Source: Octopus vulgaris
Lineage: Eukaryota
Assembly: GCA_951406725.2 (NCBI GenBank)
Contig: OX597815.1
Coordinates: 211,482,001 to 211,546,000 of the forward strand
Reading direction: 5' to 3'
DNA: 64,000 bases
Shown: positions 26,592-40,859 of the stretch, one piece after another
Position numbering within the stretch: the stretch's first letter is position 1
Layout: the number at the start of each line of letters is the position of its first letter
Translations under genes and position numbers: made by a program
The notes under the pieces: model-generated
What the model was told of the DNA's origin: nothing
The model's input: only the letters and a program-made list of their open reading frames with translations
The model's database searches: none

Positions 26592-27258
26592 ATCAGTAAT
26601 GTAATCCAATCAGCATTTATTACTGTTATTGTTTAACTTCAAATCAGCCCTGACTGAGTCAGTCCACACATCCAAATAATCTCGTCTAGCTTGTGTGTCT
26701 GAGATTGCACAATCTAAATTGCACATTACAATCTGTAACTTATCTAAAAGGAAAAAGTATGATTTGAGGAAGATCTAATGGCTATTGCCGGCAGGTTGAG
26801 CAACCAGGAAGGAGATCAATAGTTAAGGGCGACCAGACTGACGGAATTGGTGAAGAACCTCTCTAGAAAATATTTCGGGTAAGCTCAGTCGTTTTCAGAA
26901 GTGTTGAGCGTTACTAAATCTCACTGGCTGTCAACAGCAATGTTAAAAAAACAAGAGCCTGTTGTGGTGTCACTAGTCGCTACACCTCAAGGAGTCCCAG
27001 ACATAAACACGGAGACAAGCTGATTTGATATATATGTGCATATGACAGACATGCGCACTCGAACGTCCGCACGCTCGTGCGTATATGCTTACTTGCACTC
27101 TAATGCTATTTTACTAGGATTCAAATGCACAGACAAACTTATGTACACTCGCACATGCGTGTGAGTACACGTGTGGTCTGTGTATATGTATGTATACATC
27201 CCTCTTTCTCTCTCTCTCTCCCTCTGTCTCTCTCTCTGTCTCCCTCTGTCTCCCTCTG

Positions 27259-27308
<50 letters not shown>

Positions 27309-27441
27309 CATATGCATATATATATACACGCACACACACGCACGCACACACGCACGATGGAAGTAGTCCCAATAATTATGACCATTTCTTGCTAATGAGG
27401 CTGCAAAGCGAAAAAGTGAATACACACACATGTACGCACGC

Positions 27442-27484
<43 letters not shown>

Positions 27485-28119
27485 CATACACACACAAACA
27501 CCCACGCACACATACATGCAAATTGCATAACGAGACGCATATGTCCATTGTATCCAGACACACACGAAACATAGATTGCCATAACATACATACCTACGAT
27601 GCTCAAAAGCATGCGCACATATAGACGTGCGTTTGTTGTACAGCGATCGTTTGTAACCCGAGACAATGTTTGGTAAGCGTGGCATGACAGAATGTGAGAG
27701 ATTAAAAAAAAAAACAGTCTGGCGGGCGGAGGGACAGAGCATGTGGGTAGGTGAGTGGGGGAACCTAATTGTTTCAGATAAGTGAGTAGGAGAGAGAGAG
27801 AGAGAGAGAACGAGGGAGTGATGTACACGTGTGTTTCTGACTGCATTTGTGTCTGTGTATATGACGATCTACTGGTTTGTGAGTGCGTCTTGCGCATGCG
27901 TGTGTATATGTATGCTGTATACATAAGTATGTATGCAATTTAATGGGTATTGCAAAGAGGATGAAGATTAGAAACGTGTGACCGCATTTTAAAGAGAAAG
28001 AACAGATACAGAAATGAGAAGCGAAAGTTAATGAAAGAGCGGAAGAAAATTAAAAGAACGACACACGGTCACAAGCACACACGCATGTATCTAAATCTTT
28101 GGAGCTATCTGAAAATGTG

Positions 28120-29550
28120 GCATTCATCTGCCATGATGCCGTGTCGCTATTGAAAAGTCTCAGCTTCAATAATACTCCTGAGTAGCGCTTTTATCTTCAC
28201 GACTCTAAAATATTGGATGTTTGAACAACTTTTCCATGTTATGCTTCCACTTTCTACTCTGTACTTCCAGTTACGGACACCATTCTTTCTAGATACGTAA
28301 AGCATTTCATTTTGTTCAACATGGCATTGTCCTCTTTCTGCCTATTCTTTCTATCACTACTAGAATAACCCCTACTTTTCGAAGCTGGCTTGTTTCGTAA
28401 CCAACCAATCAGGTGTACCCACCTACTCTTGGTGCCGAGAGCTGGATAGACTCGTTCCTTTCCCTGCACTGACCACCCTGTTTAATTCTTCCTCTTCAGA
28501 ACATCAGCTTTCTGGAATCTCTCTCTCGCATGTCATTCCCGCATTAGTTGACCTGCAGCACTTTAAACAGAATATTTATTTCTTTATTGCCCACAGGGGA
28601 CTAAATATAGAGGGGACAAACAAGTACAGACAAAAGAATTAAGTCGATTATATCGACCCCAGTGCGTAACTGGTACTCATTTAATCGACCGCGAGAAGAT
28701 GAAAGGCAAAGTCGACCTCGACGGAATTTGAACTCGGAACGTAACGGCAGACGAAATACTTCAAAGAATTTCGCCCGGCGTGTTAACGATTCTGCAGGGT
28801 TTGCAAGAGTCATGGATTCTGTTCCTTCTTTCTGATAGAGCAAGTAAATACTCATCGTATGTCTACTCTTTCGATCTGGGCCAAGCGCCAGCAAGACCAC
28901 AAGCTTTGTAGCTGAAGAGTTTACTTCCCAATCATGTGGTCTTGGTTTCAGTTCCTCTGCATGGCCCCTTGAGTAAGTGTTTTTTTTTTAGATGCAGGCG
29001 TGGCAGTGTGGTAAGTAGCTTGCTTACGAACCACATGGTTCCGGGTTCAGTCCCACTACGTGGCACATTGGGCAAGTGTCTACTATAGCCCCGTGAGTGG
29101 ATTTGATGGACGGAAACTGAAAGAAGCCCGTCGTATTTAATTAAGGATATTAATGAGAACGAGCATATTCGAGATTCTGTAGTACAGAGTAGAGCTCTAA
29201 CTCCTACGTTTTGTAATTGCATCCGATAGACTTTGTTCCATTTAATAAACATCTTGTATTCTTTTCATAACTTCTACAGTAGAGGCCTGAAACATTGATA
29301 ATGGGGTAAGTATTAGCTTTCAGGGCTTAGCGTAAAATATCATCAAAGCCTGCTGCTTTCCAGGTTTACAACATCTTTAGGGGTTTTAAGGTTCCGTCTA
29401 GATGAGTGCCAGTTAAGAAGATTATGAACATTTTCAGCGCGTCTCTTCTTCCGGTTCCATTCCTTGATCATAAGTCGTCACAATATTTTCGTTGATTTGT
29501 ATCAACTTGGATCGTCTCCAGTAAAACCCCACGAGATAAGGTACAGGGAT
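28120..29550 (-). mobile_element. Ancient fragmented RTE-like LINE interrupted by SINE A (28575-28797) and SINE B heads (28930-29135)
   Basis: Collinear minus-strand remnants WKAAGFDDI (about 29350), KCFTYLERMVSVTGSTE (about 28290) and LKLRLFNS (about 28160), resembling the RTE GKAAG, FTYLG and KLRIFN motifs. Confidence 0.5.
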
Positions 29551-29631
<81 letters not shown>

Positions 29632-29636
29632 CATAC

Positions 29637-29717
<81 letters not shown>

Positions 29718-30742
29718 CTTACATACAGCGTATGTATGCTATTATTTAGTTTTATTTCTAGAGTTCTTGCCAATGTAGAAACATTTGGTTTCTAACCTAG
29801 ATTCACGGTTCCTTCATTGGAATTTCAACATTATCAACAGGTTAGTTGTTCGTGTTCGTGTATATCTGCAAGTGTTTGGCCTCAGTATATGTGCAGATGT
29901 GTATGCTATGCTTTACGTACTCATACATCTATTTGCATGTCTGGACACGTGCAGATGTACTTACATGCTAGACATACGAAAAGTTTTATTTTTGCATTTG
30001 TATTGACGGTTCGTATTTGTAGTTTTCTTACCAGTTCTACAATTCTGAGTTCGAGAATCTTAATTTCTCAAGGTTGGTGATGACGCATTTGGTTACAGGT
30101 ATAAATATACATACAAACTTGTAATCTGGCTGGAGTATCTGTAAATCCTTGAACCGTTCGTTCGGCTTAGGTGTTTATTAAATCGATGAGTTTTAGCGTT
30201 ATGGTGACATCTGTATGTACGAAGGTACGAACGTACCTATATATATATATGCTTCCATGTATCAAACACTCAGTTCATTCCGGACCATCATCCTCTCTTT
30301 CCAGCAGGACAACTACCCAACAGTTCGATGGGATACCTTTCCTTCTACTCTAGTGAGCAATAAGCTTGTGTCTTTATGCTCAACTTCTTAGGTGGTCTAT
30401 CGTGCTGACTGGAATTTAGGAAGTCTTGGCGAAACGCCACCCTATTTACTGTCTGAGTGGCCTTCGTAATTATTTGATGGGCAAACCATCTTAGTCTCTT
30501 CCTTCTTATACCACGTTAATGGTGCATGACGTATGAAGAGCTTTTCCTGCGGAAGTATTTCTACGTCTGCCTTTTGATGATATTAGTATTCAAACCATAG
30601 ACACTGCATTTCAAAAACTTCCAGCTCTTTTTGTTTATCCTAAGGTTTTAAGGTCCTCGTTTTCGATGTTTAGATTGTACAAAAAATAATAAGAGCGATG
30701 TACGGTCTAACTTTGTGGTGCTGGTTGCCAATCAAAAATAAA

Positions 30743-31067
30743 TGAAGGCGCGTGGTTTAATGGTTAGGGCATTCAGAACAAAATTTGCAGGCCGTGAGTT
30801 CGATTCCCGGCGGCGTGTTATGCTTTTAAGCACGACGATTTATTTCACGTTGCTCCAGTCCACTTTTCTGTCAAAAATGAGTGGCACATGTAATTCAAAG
30901 GGCCAGCTTTGTCACATTCCATGTCACGCTTAATCTCCCGGGGAACAACGTTAAGGGGTAAGCATGTCTGTTTGAGTGCTTAGCCCCTTCGACGTTAATT
31001 TCCCGACCAGGCTGTTCCGTTGATTGGATTAACAGGAGCACCCGCCGTCTTAAACCAACGGAATACC
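30743..31067 (+). mobile_element. SINE D with tail 2 (diverged)
   Basis: D body ATTTCACGTTGCTCCAGTCCAC..AAAAATGAGT followed by the same tail as 24203-24390. Confidence 0.75.
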
Positions 31068-31129
31068 TGTTGTTACAAATTAGGATTCTTTGTTTTTCGA
31101 ATATTGTGGATGCTAGTGACAGCGTATAA

Positions 31130-31594
31130 CTCTTTTACTCTGTAACTTGTTTCAGTCATGTGACTGTGGCCATACTGGAGCACCGCCTTTAGTCGAGCAA
31201 ATCGACCCCAGGACTTATTCTTTGTAAGCCTAGTACTTATTCTTTCGGTTTCTTTTGCCGAACCGCTAAATTACGGGGGCGTAAACACACCAGCATCGGT
31301 TGTCAAGCGATGTTGCGGGGACACACAAACACACACACACGCACACACACATATATATATATATACATATATACGACGGGCTTGTTTCAATTTCCGTCTT
31401 CCAAATCCACTCACAAGGCTTTGGTCGGCCCGTGGCTTTGGTCGGCCCGTGGCTTTGGTCGGCCCGAGGCTTTAGTAGAAGACACATGCCCAAGGTGCTA
31501 CGCAGTGGGACTGAATCCGGAACCATGTGGTTCGTAAGCAAGCTACTTACCACACAACCACTCTTACGCCTACTTACCACACAGCCACTCCTAT
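31130..31594 (-). mobile_element. SINE B with an internal 17-bp triplication and a duplicated 5' end
   Basis: GGCTTTGGTCGGCCCG(T/A) x3; CTACTTACCACACA(A/G)CCACTC(T/C)TA x2. Confidence 0.85.
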
Positions 31595-32213
31595 TCACAT
31601 TTTCTGAAGAATTTTTTTTACTCTACTACCAAAAAACAAGCTCCACATGAAAAGCAAAACTGAAGAAACGACGGGTGAGTCTCACTTTTGTTTTAAATCT
31701 AGTAGGAATGCATCAGCCGCTATTTTCCAGCCAAGGAATGGCCCTAAGGAATATAATGACAGTCGTTCATGTAGACACGAAAATAGTGCGAATTAGGGAC
31801 GTACTGTACCACAAAAACGAGTGGAACATGCCCACGGATGGTCTGCTGCTGTTCTTCAATCATTTACCTGGAATTTGTCATGGGGAAAACAAAAAGACTG
31901 TTACTCCTTCAAACCCTCTCTATACATATTACACACACTGATGATGCGACCCAAATATTCAAGATCTTTGGCAATGTAAAAATATCGACTAAATGTCTAG
32001 ACGAATCGTGCAAAAAGGAAAAAAACAAAATAGGGCATGAAAATAAATGATGCAGAGTTGCCAGATCCTGTCACCCAATAAATGAAAACATTGAATGGTT
32101 TTGGAATATGTTAGATTTGTTTCTAGGCTGCATCTACAAACACACATACACACACACACACACACACATAGAGGTATGTAAGTCTGCGAACACATACACA
32201 CGTGTAGGCGTAC

Positions 32214-32290
<77 letters not shown>

Positions 32291-32394
32291 AATAATGAGG
32301 GAGATAAATTGAATATTAATTTAATTAATATCAATTTAAAACCAGTAGCTTAGCATACAAAAATCTGAAAAATCAGAGAAAATTCTAATACATG

Positions 32395-32456
<62 letters not shown>

Positions 32457-33091
32457 CAATACATACATACAGATGTATGTATACACACACATATATATAT
32501 ACATGTGTGTGTGTGTGTGTGTGCATGTGTGTAAATGACACATATATTTGTATATATAGAAGACATATCGGCTAAACCACAGAATTAAGACGTGCGCAAG
32601 TAACGCTAATAGGAAAGGCTTGGAACCTTTCGGACTACGAAAAAGTATGCAAAGAAATTTACGATAAACGTAAGTAAACCATGAGCTGAAATGAAAACTA
32701 AATTTAAAGTCTTAGACCAAACAGAAACGGAAAAGTGCAAATGCCCAAGTGAATGTCCTCTACCGAAAAGAATGAGTAGTTTTATAAACAGATTGGTCAT
32801 GCAGAGGTCATGTATGATATGTTGAGGGGAAGACAGTGTTTCATACATACCCACACACACGTGCGCGCACGTCAATGTTTGTGTGTTTGTATTTATCTTT
32901 ATTAAAAGATATTTGAAGTCAGGTTCATCGTAGTTATATATCTAATTTCTCGTTACTTTCTATTTACGTTTGTACATTGTTTATTTGGAGTCCTGAGTAG
33001 GACTAACGGTTCGAATTCAAATTTTATAATACTTCAGTTGAACATCGGTACATATACGAGGTTGACAGAAGAGAGGGAGATAACTTCTCAA

Positions 33092-33440
33092 TTGCTGTTG
33101 CTGTTGAGCATAGCGGTCTTCGTCCTAGTGGGAGAAGTCCGAAACGTGGTCCTTTGCTATTCGTAAGACGCACAGAAAAGAAAGTAGGTCAACCCCCGGA
33201 CACCGAGAGCATCGACGGATGGATGAATGCGCATCCAGGCTCAGCGGTTGCATAGGAAGTCGGGGACAAGAAACAGGAAGACATAGTGAGAGAAAGTTGG
33301 AGCGAAAGAGTACAACAGGGTCGTGGAGCTTTAGGTGTTTTCGCTCAATAAACACACACACAACGCCCGGTCTGGGAATCGAAACCGCGATCCTCCGACC
33401 GCGAGTCCGCTGCAATAACCATTGGGCCATTGCGCCTCCA
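33092..33440 (-). mobile_element. SINE C with tail 3
   Basis: C head, then an unrelated tail CTTGTCCCCGACTTCCTATGCAACC..; 3' boundary uncertain. Confidence 0.7.
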
Positions 33441-35949
33441 CCTCGGTTGCTGTAGAATGCGGGTTGTCGAAGCATGTAGCGACGTATGGACCAACCATAT
33501 ATTAATAGCACTGTGTATACTAGGCACTATTTGCTTCATATATTCAATTATATCTTGACCAACGGCCATTTAAAGACTTCATGAACAAAGATATAACGAA
33601 TAAAACCGAAATCAAATTTGATAGTTTTCCCAGTTTCTATTCAACAAGGGATTCATTAGATGAAATCATCTGGTTAAAGTCGAGTTTGAAGGCCCAAATA
33701 AGATTAAGGCGTATATGGTCTTGCAGTAATTTTTATGAAGCATAGAGGCACCAGGAAAAATGCGAGGAAGTGGATAAAATGCTTACAATAAAGTTTGATG
33801 CAATATGATTTTGTCAGAAATTCAGATCAGACGACTTGACAGTAACTCTAAAAGCGGCGCCAGTGAACGGAACTCAAAAGCGAGACAGTGTTTGAAGAGT
33901 GTTGCTGATTTAAAGATTGTTTTCATTGGAAATAATCTAAAATATGCGGATGTGTGAATGTTAAACGCCCAGCAATATATAAATATTCGTCGCGCTGAAA
34001 CGCGAGAATAATCTATTTTCATGTGTATTTGATTCTTGAAAGGTTAGCGACTGTACAATGCTCCAGACACTTTGGCACTCAGCAATATTTCAACTTAGAA
34101 AGTGCAGTTAATCACCGATTTATAGATACTAGTTATTATCCACGGCAACTCACAACTAAAAACATAAAACAGGAAACCTTTCAGAGTGGAAAATTGGTAC
34201 GTTTTTTTCTTAGGTCATTGCTGACGTACGAAGCGAAGCCTTTTAAAATGGACATCAAACCTGTTTATTAACACCACTCATTGACAATGTACCAATGTAT
34301 ATTCAATACAATAACAGCTTTCAAAACCATTTGGAACATTGCAATTTCACAGAAGGTTAATTTCCTGTAGTGTATTTCAAGCAATTTTAATAGAGTAGAA
34401 TTCATATAAATGTAGACTACATTCATTGGAAGCTAATAAAAGAGGCTTCAACTTCACACTTTTGTTCAATAATTTTAAAGATGGCGTGATATTTATATTA
34501 CATTCACAAGTTGTCATTATAACACAGTTTATATGCACACCTAAAAATTTAGACAAGTAAATATCTGTTGCATGTTTTATGCAGTATATCTTGCATTTTG
34601 TGGATTGTGTCGTTTCTTATAGGTTTCTAAAGAGCCAATTGCTAGTTTACTGCATTTTCGAAAGTGAGAGGAACAAGGAGATGTCTGTGCAGCACGGGCG
34701 GACAAAATACAGTAGGTATTTGTGTGATACATACATCCGAGTTATCTCGGGGATGTTTATCTTTCGCCAGTACGCGCACACAACACACACAAGCAGCAGT
34801 AACAGCGACAAGAACGAGCCTAGAAAAATAGTTTATAGTGGCATGAAATTGTACAACAAAAGCGGAAATGTTATACTAAGAATCATACAAAATGGACGAT
34901 TGATTTACTGAAATTAACCTTCGCCAACAGTGTGTTGTTATTAGTTGTTTAACTACACACGGACTGTTGGCGATTTTTTCCTCCTTCTTCCATTTATTTT
35001 TGACTTTCCTAGTTTCCTTTTTCCGAAGAAGAGCTTTGATCGAAACGTAAAACAATCACTCTTTTGCTTCTCTGAGTGTCTTATTAATACTTTGCATGTG
35101 CCACGCACTCACGCTGTTGTTTTTCCTTATCTTTTCTCCGTTTTCTTATTACATATATACACATATATATATGCACACACACACACACACACACACATTA
35201 CCTTTATTTGTACATACAGGCAGACGAACTGACGACGAACTTCACAGTTTCTGACAATCAAATTATATTGGTTGGAAATTTTGGCAGAAGGCCAGCAGAT
35301 TTGGCGGAGAGGTTAAGTCGATTACACCAACCCAAGCGATCAGCTAGTACTTATGTTATTGGCCCCCGAAAGGGATGAAAGGCAAAGTCGACCTTGGTCG
35401 AATGTGAACTCAGAATGCAAAGACGGACGAAATGCCGCTGGGTATTTTTCCCAGTGTGCCACCAATTCTGCCAGCTCGCTGCCTTTGACTATCAAATTAT
35501 ATTGACCAGATGTTGTTGCCCAATGTGCCACGCAGCAGAACCAAACCTTAGAAAGATGTAACTTGCGATGCGAACTTGTGAACCACGCAGCCGTGCCTGC
35601 ACCCGTTCCTCTTTTAGTCAAGCTAAGTGAAGTGCTGAAGTAGCTTTTACTTAAGAATATACTGTTGACGTTTGAATGAGAGCAATAAGAAAAGACAGGC
35701 ATAATACGTACTGTTTCATTGCTTTCTTTGTTCCTGATGACTAAGCGTTAAGAAGATATAGTCTGACTGCAGGTGTTGAATAGACACAGAAGTGGAGAAA
35801 ATATATGGTAGCAGAATAAGCAATGTCCAGGTGGGAGGAGGGGGGAAACAGGTGAGCTTTTGAGAGCTGATCAACCTTGACAACTGCCGTTTCATCGCAA
35901 TTTCTATACGGCAAACAATCGCTCGGTTTTCAATGTTGTTACGCTGACA

Positions 35950-36129
35950 GGGTCGTTTGCGCGCAGGACAAAACGATTAGCGTTATTTCGTCCGCCTTTA
36001 CCTTCTGAGTTCAAATTCCACCGAGGTCGACATCCCTTTGGCGTCGATAAAATAGTTACCAGTTGAGCACTGGGGTTGATTTAATCCACTTACCCCGTTA
36101 TTTCGGGCCTTGTGCTAAAAATTTGTAAC

Positions 36130-36180
<51 letters not shown>

Positions 36181-36441
36181 GGCAGCGAGCTAGCAGAATT
36201 GTTAACAGGCTGGGCAAAATGCTTCGCGGCATTTCATATATCTTTACATTCTGAGTTCAAATTCCTCCGAGGTCGACTTTGTCTTTCATCCTGTCGGAGT
36301 CGGTAAGTGAAGTACCAGTGAAACACTGGGGTCGATGTAATGGAATACTTACCTCCCCCAAAGTTTCAGGCCTTGTGCCTATAATAGAAAAGATTATTAT
36401 TATTATTAGTATCATCATCATTATTATTGTTTTTTTGGTTG

Positions 36442-36508
<67 letters not shown>

Positions 36509-36955
36509 CACTATTATTATTATTATTGTTATTCAAATAGAGAGTTGGCACAATCGTTACCGCGCCGAAGAAAATACTCCGTGGCATTTCTTCCACTTCT
36601 TTAAGTTCTCGGTTCAAACTCCACTGAGGTCGACTTTGCTTTTAATCTTTTTTCGTGATCGATAAAATAAGTACTAGTTGGTGAAATAGGTACCAAAAGT
36701 CCAGGCCCTGTGCCTATAGAAGACAGGACTATTGTTCTCATTATCGGGTCGGGGTTAGTAAAACCTTCAAAGTGATGGACAAAATGCCTTACTATATCTC
36801 TGTATGTTATACGCTTTCTGAATTCATGTCTACCAGAGTTCACATTGCCTTTTATATTTACGGGGTCGATAAAATTAGGGAGCAGGCAAGTTCTGTTATC
36901 GATGTAATCCATTAAAACTCTTCCCTCTAAAAATGCCTATAAACCTGTGCCTAGA
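35950..36955 (+). mobile_element. Head-to-tail array of 4 SINE A copies separated by (ATT)n
   Basis: Units at about 35960, 36180, 36540 and 36750; long (ATT)n at 36130-36180 and 36393-36533. Confidence 0.8.
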
Positions 36956-36959
36956 AGAA

Positions 36960-37900
36960 ACCCTGGAAATTATCACATCCAGGGAATTCGTGATAGACGC
37001 TCCGAGGATGATCATATCATGTAAACATAAAAGCAAATCATGGGTTTCCGGAATTTGAAAAGAAGCATTTTGAAACAGAATAACACCAACATATTATAAA
37101 GCCAAGAAGGGATACAAGCAAATAAACAGACCAACCAATATTTAGAATGCTATACACTATATCTACAGACACAAAAGATCACCCTAGGAAATTATCATTT
37201 ATCAATTTAGATAATAAACCCCAAAAGCTGATGGCTGTAGGGGTTGTATCAGCTGACCTGTTTACTTCAGATATTCATTGAAGAAAGTCATGCCTTAAAT
37301 GAGTGGAGGCACATGGCCTAGTAGTTAGAGCAGCGGACTCGCTATCGAGGGATTGCGGGTTCGAATCTCAGACCGAGCGATGTGTGTGTTTATGAGAGCG
37401 AAACACCTAAGCTCCACGCGGCTCCGGCAGAAGGTAATGGCGAACTTCTGCTGACTCTTTCGACACAACTTTCTCTCATTCTTTCCTCCTGCATCTTGCA
37501 GCTCACCTGCGCCGGACCGGCGTCCCGTCCAGATGGGGAACCTATACACCAAGGAAACCTAGAAACCGGCTCTTATGGGCCAGGCATGGCTCGAGAAGGA
37601 ACAAATGCCTTAAATGAGATCGAGCAAAGGAATGTGTTTCCCATCCTTGACATATGCAGTCTGAACAGCAAAATAAGCCCAACATCACCACACACACCTC
37701 CACCTCCATATAACCACCATCCATTGGGTTTTTTCCATCACCTTCTCTTTCTTCCCACCAAATACACACGAAAATACTCACATAACTCCATCAACCTTCG
37801 CAGAGGTCAAAAGGGATAACATCTCTGTGTTAAACATTTATTAATGAAGAAATGAATCCACGAAGATGATCAACCCGATACCCACGGATACAAAGGAATT
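36960..37900 (+). mobile_element. Degenerate Penelope-like RT remnant interrupted by a SINE
   Basis: EIEQRNVFPILDI resembles the PLE RT ExExxxLPFLDV motif; downstream ..THGY resembles NGYP. Highly decayed. Confidence 0.4.
37304..37604 (+). mobile_element. SINE C variant (C') with 14-bp TSD
   Basis: ATGCCTTAAATGAG at 37290-37303 and 37605-37618; box B GGTTCGAATCTC. Confidence 0.9.
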
Positions 37901-38805
37901 CACTGTAATCATCCCAGAAATACGGACTGTGATTTTAAGAGACATGTGATTCGTGGAAACGTGCGTAGCCATGCATTAAATTTTTATGAATTCCAACCAA
38001 AGATTACTGTTATTATTACTATATTCTTTTATTTTTTTATTCTTTTACTTCATTCAGTAATTTGACTGCGACCACATACATACATACATACATACTTACA
38101 TACATACATAAATACATACATACATACATACATACATAAATACATACATACATACATACACGCATACATACATACATACATACATACATACATACATACA
38201 TACATACATACATACATACATACATACATACATACATACTTACATAAATACATACATATATACATACATACATACATACATACATACATACATACATACA
38301 TACATACATACATACATACATACATACATACACACATACATACATACATATAGCCTGCATGTAGTATACATTCGTAGATGCACACATACATAATTGTATG
38401 CATTATGTTCAGCTATTTGCGCGTAAAAAATCTTGGAAAATCCTATGACTGCAAAATTAACAAAAACTATTGTTTCTTTTATATAAAAAAGGAAAAAAAA
38501 TACTCACAACCATAAATTAGATTCTTTTGTCCTAAATTTAATTCAAATTTCAGATACAGATTGTTTTTCAATTTTTCTTTTTTACAATTAGATTGTATTA
38601 TATTGTATCATATTATATTGTATTTATTTTATATAAATATTATGTTTTATATAATAAAACATTTTAGTTATTTTTAAGAACGCCAAATGTTCAAGCTGCT
38701 TCGTAAAAGAATTAACAATTTGAAAAACGGAATATAAGCGAAATAAAAAGCAAAGCAAGAGTACGAATAATCATTCAAGACTACACACGCACACTATATA
38801 TATAT

Positions 38806-38896
<91 letters not shown>

Positions 38897-38910
38897 TATA
38901 TGTATATGTA

Positions 38911-38984
<74 letters not shown>

Positions 38985-40083
38985 TGTGTGTATGTACACA
39001 TTTAATAAACAGAAAAGCGTATTGTGTCACAGTATGGAGAATCTGTAATGTCATCTGTAATATGTTGAAATGTTGAGATGACATGATGACATGACTCTTA
39101 TCCTTTGTATTCGGAACCCCGAATTCTTTTCAGGGTTCTGAAAAACTAAACAACTGAAATAATAAATGAATTGACGAAATTAAAGACTGCTTTCAAAGTT
39201 AGAAGCACGTGATTATTATTTTTTGTTTCTTTTTCGTTTGGTTTTATGTAAAAGAAGAAAAAAAAAAAAACGTAGACTATCATAAGTGTATGTGAACATA
39301 TATATCTACATAGAGACATAAACATATGCATGCAAACATACGTATGAATGTAAGTATATAGTTACCTATGTATGTGTGCATTTTATATATTCCTTGTTGA
39401 AACTGGATCTCGAAGCCGATAAAGTTATAAATAATTTTTACATGCTATTATTTATAGATTTATAAAAGCTTCGAGATACAGTTCCAGTAAAAATATTATT
39501 TCACCTTTTTAGAAACTTTGTTAATTAATAAAACGTAAAAAAATATGTGCATATATATATATTAGCATATCACGCTTGAAACTCGGAGTACCAAGGAATT
39601 TGAATCAAACAGTTTTGATCAATACATGTAACTCCCAATAAATGTGATATATAGAGTAAGAGGAGGGATATAATATCCAGGCAGATACCAAATTTCTCTG
39701 AGTAAAAAGCCAAAGCTGATTCCTTCTGATGAGATTTTCAAAACTGACATTTTAATACGAATAAAATGTGTGTATGACCTAACTGAATATTTTATGAACA
39801 AACTCACCAGTTTTGATTTGTTTTCTAAATGATTCTGTGTCGTGCCCAACTGAAGAGTCCGACCGAATGCAACGCGGATTATAATACTAATTCTCACAGA
39901 ATCCCTTTGGATGTAAAGGAATACATACAGAACGAGCAACATTCCTACATGTGATCGGCTAGAAAGATTTTTCCAGACACTAAAATATATTTCTTAACAT
40001 GACACCAACGGTAGCCTTAATACACAAATAAAGAAATTTTATCCACCCATGCAGTGTTGCGCACTTATTCTCATCGTTCGGCA

Positions 40084-40158
<75 letters not shown>

Positions 40159-40332
40159 ATCAATAATAACAAAGGGTAAAACTAATTAATTACGAAGTAA
40201 TCAATAAATTTCACCATGTAGGATTCGGTATGAAAACAGGACCGCCAACACGGTAAATTTTAGTAATACTAATAAAAGGGTTCGGCAAAAGAATTGCTTC
40301 CCCGCATACCGAAGTTCAGAAATAGCAGCCAA

Positions 40333-40363
<31 letters not shown>

Positions 40364-40366
40364 TGT

Positions 40367-40857
40367 AGGGGACAGCCACTTTTGAGAAATTTCGAGTTGC
40401 ACATGAGAAAATAAGGAGAGATGTCAGGAAGGGCATCGCTGTTACACTTCCAGAAGGGAAGGGTCTTCCTTTGATTCTGACATGCAATGTCTGTGCAAGA
40501 CCCTGCCTCAGCAAAGCTGGACTCATGAGTCATCTTCGTAGTCATAATACGAGACAGATGAGTGACAACCCGGCCATTGGTGGTGGTGTAACACAGCATA
40601 CTAATCATATCTGTTGGGCATGTGGAAGAGAGTGTAATTCGGCAGGAGGACTTAAACGACATGCAAAGGTACATGGAGCCCAGTTACAACTACAGCCGGC
40701 TATTACCGGTAAAGGTTTTAGCTGCCAATTTTGTACAAGACATTGTAGATCTTTAGCTGGGCTAAAAAGTCACATTCGATCACAGCACCAGTAACAGTTA
40801 AGCTTCGTGCAATGGCCATACTTGATAACGAGGGGGCAGCCATAATGTATGTATGTA
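40367..40857 (+). mobile_element. 5'-truncated RTE-clade LINE whose ORF C-terminus has three C2H2 zinc fingers
   Basis: Frame open from 40369 to 40794: GTATFEKFRVAHEKIRRDVRK.. (RTE G..FE..R..R..RK motif), then CNVC..SHLRSH, CWAC..RHAKVH, CQFC..SHIRSQH. Short 3' UTR ending GAGGGGGCAGCCAT; (TATG)n on both sides; no ATG. Confidence 0.8.
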
Positions 40858-40859
40858 TA

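Noticed and set aside
30330-30700. Possible further RTE remnant (minus-strand ELEVFEMQCL)
   Set aside because: It is a single short motif, too degenerate to call.
34688-34708. RE1/NRSE-like motif CAGCACGGGCGGACA
   Set aside because: The spacing is wrong, the right half is incomplete, and REST is not expected in a mollusc.
37304-37380. tRNA genes at SINE heads
   Set aside because: Box A and box B are present, but there is no acceptor stem closure and the sequence runs on into SINE bodies with TSDs.
40471-40794. Stand-alone host C2H2 zinc-finger gene
   Set aside because: It has no ATG, no TGEKP linkers, an RTE-type motif upstream, and a retrotransposon-like 3' end and tail.
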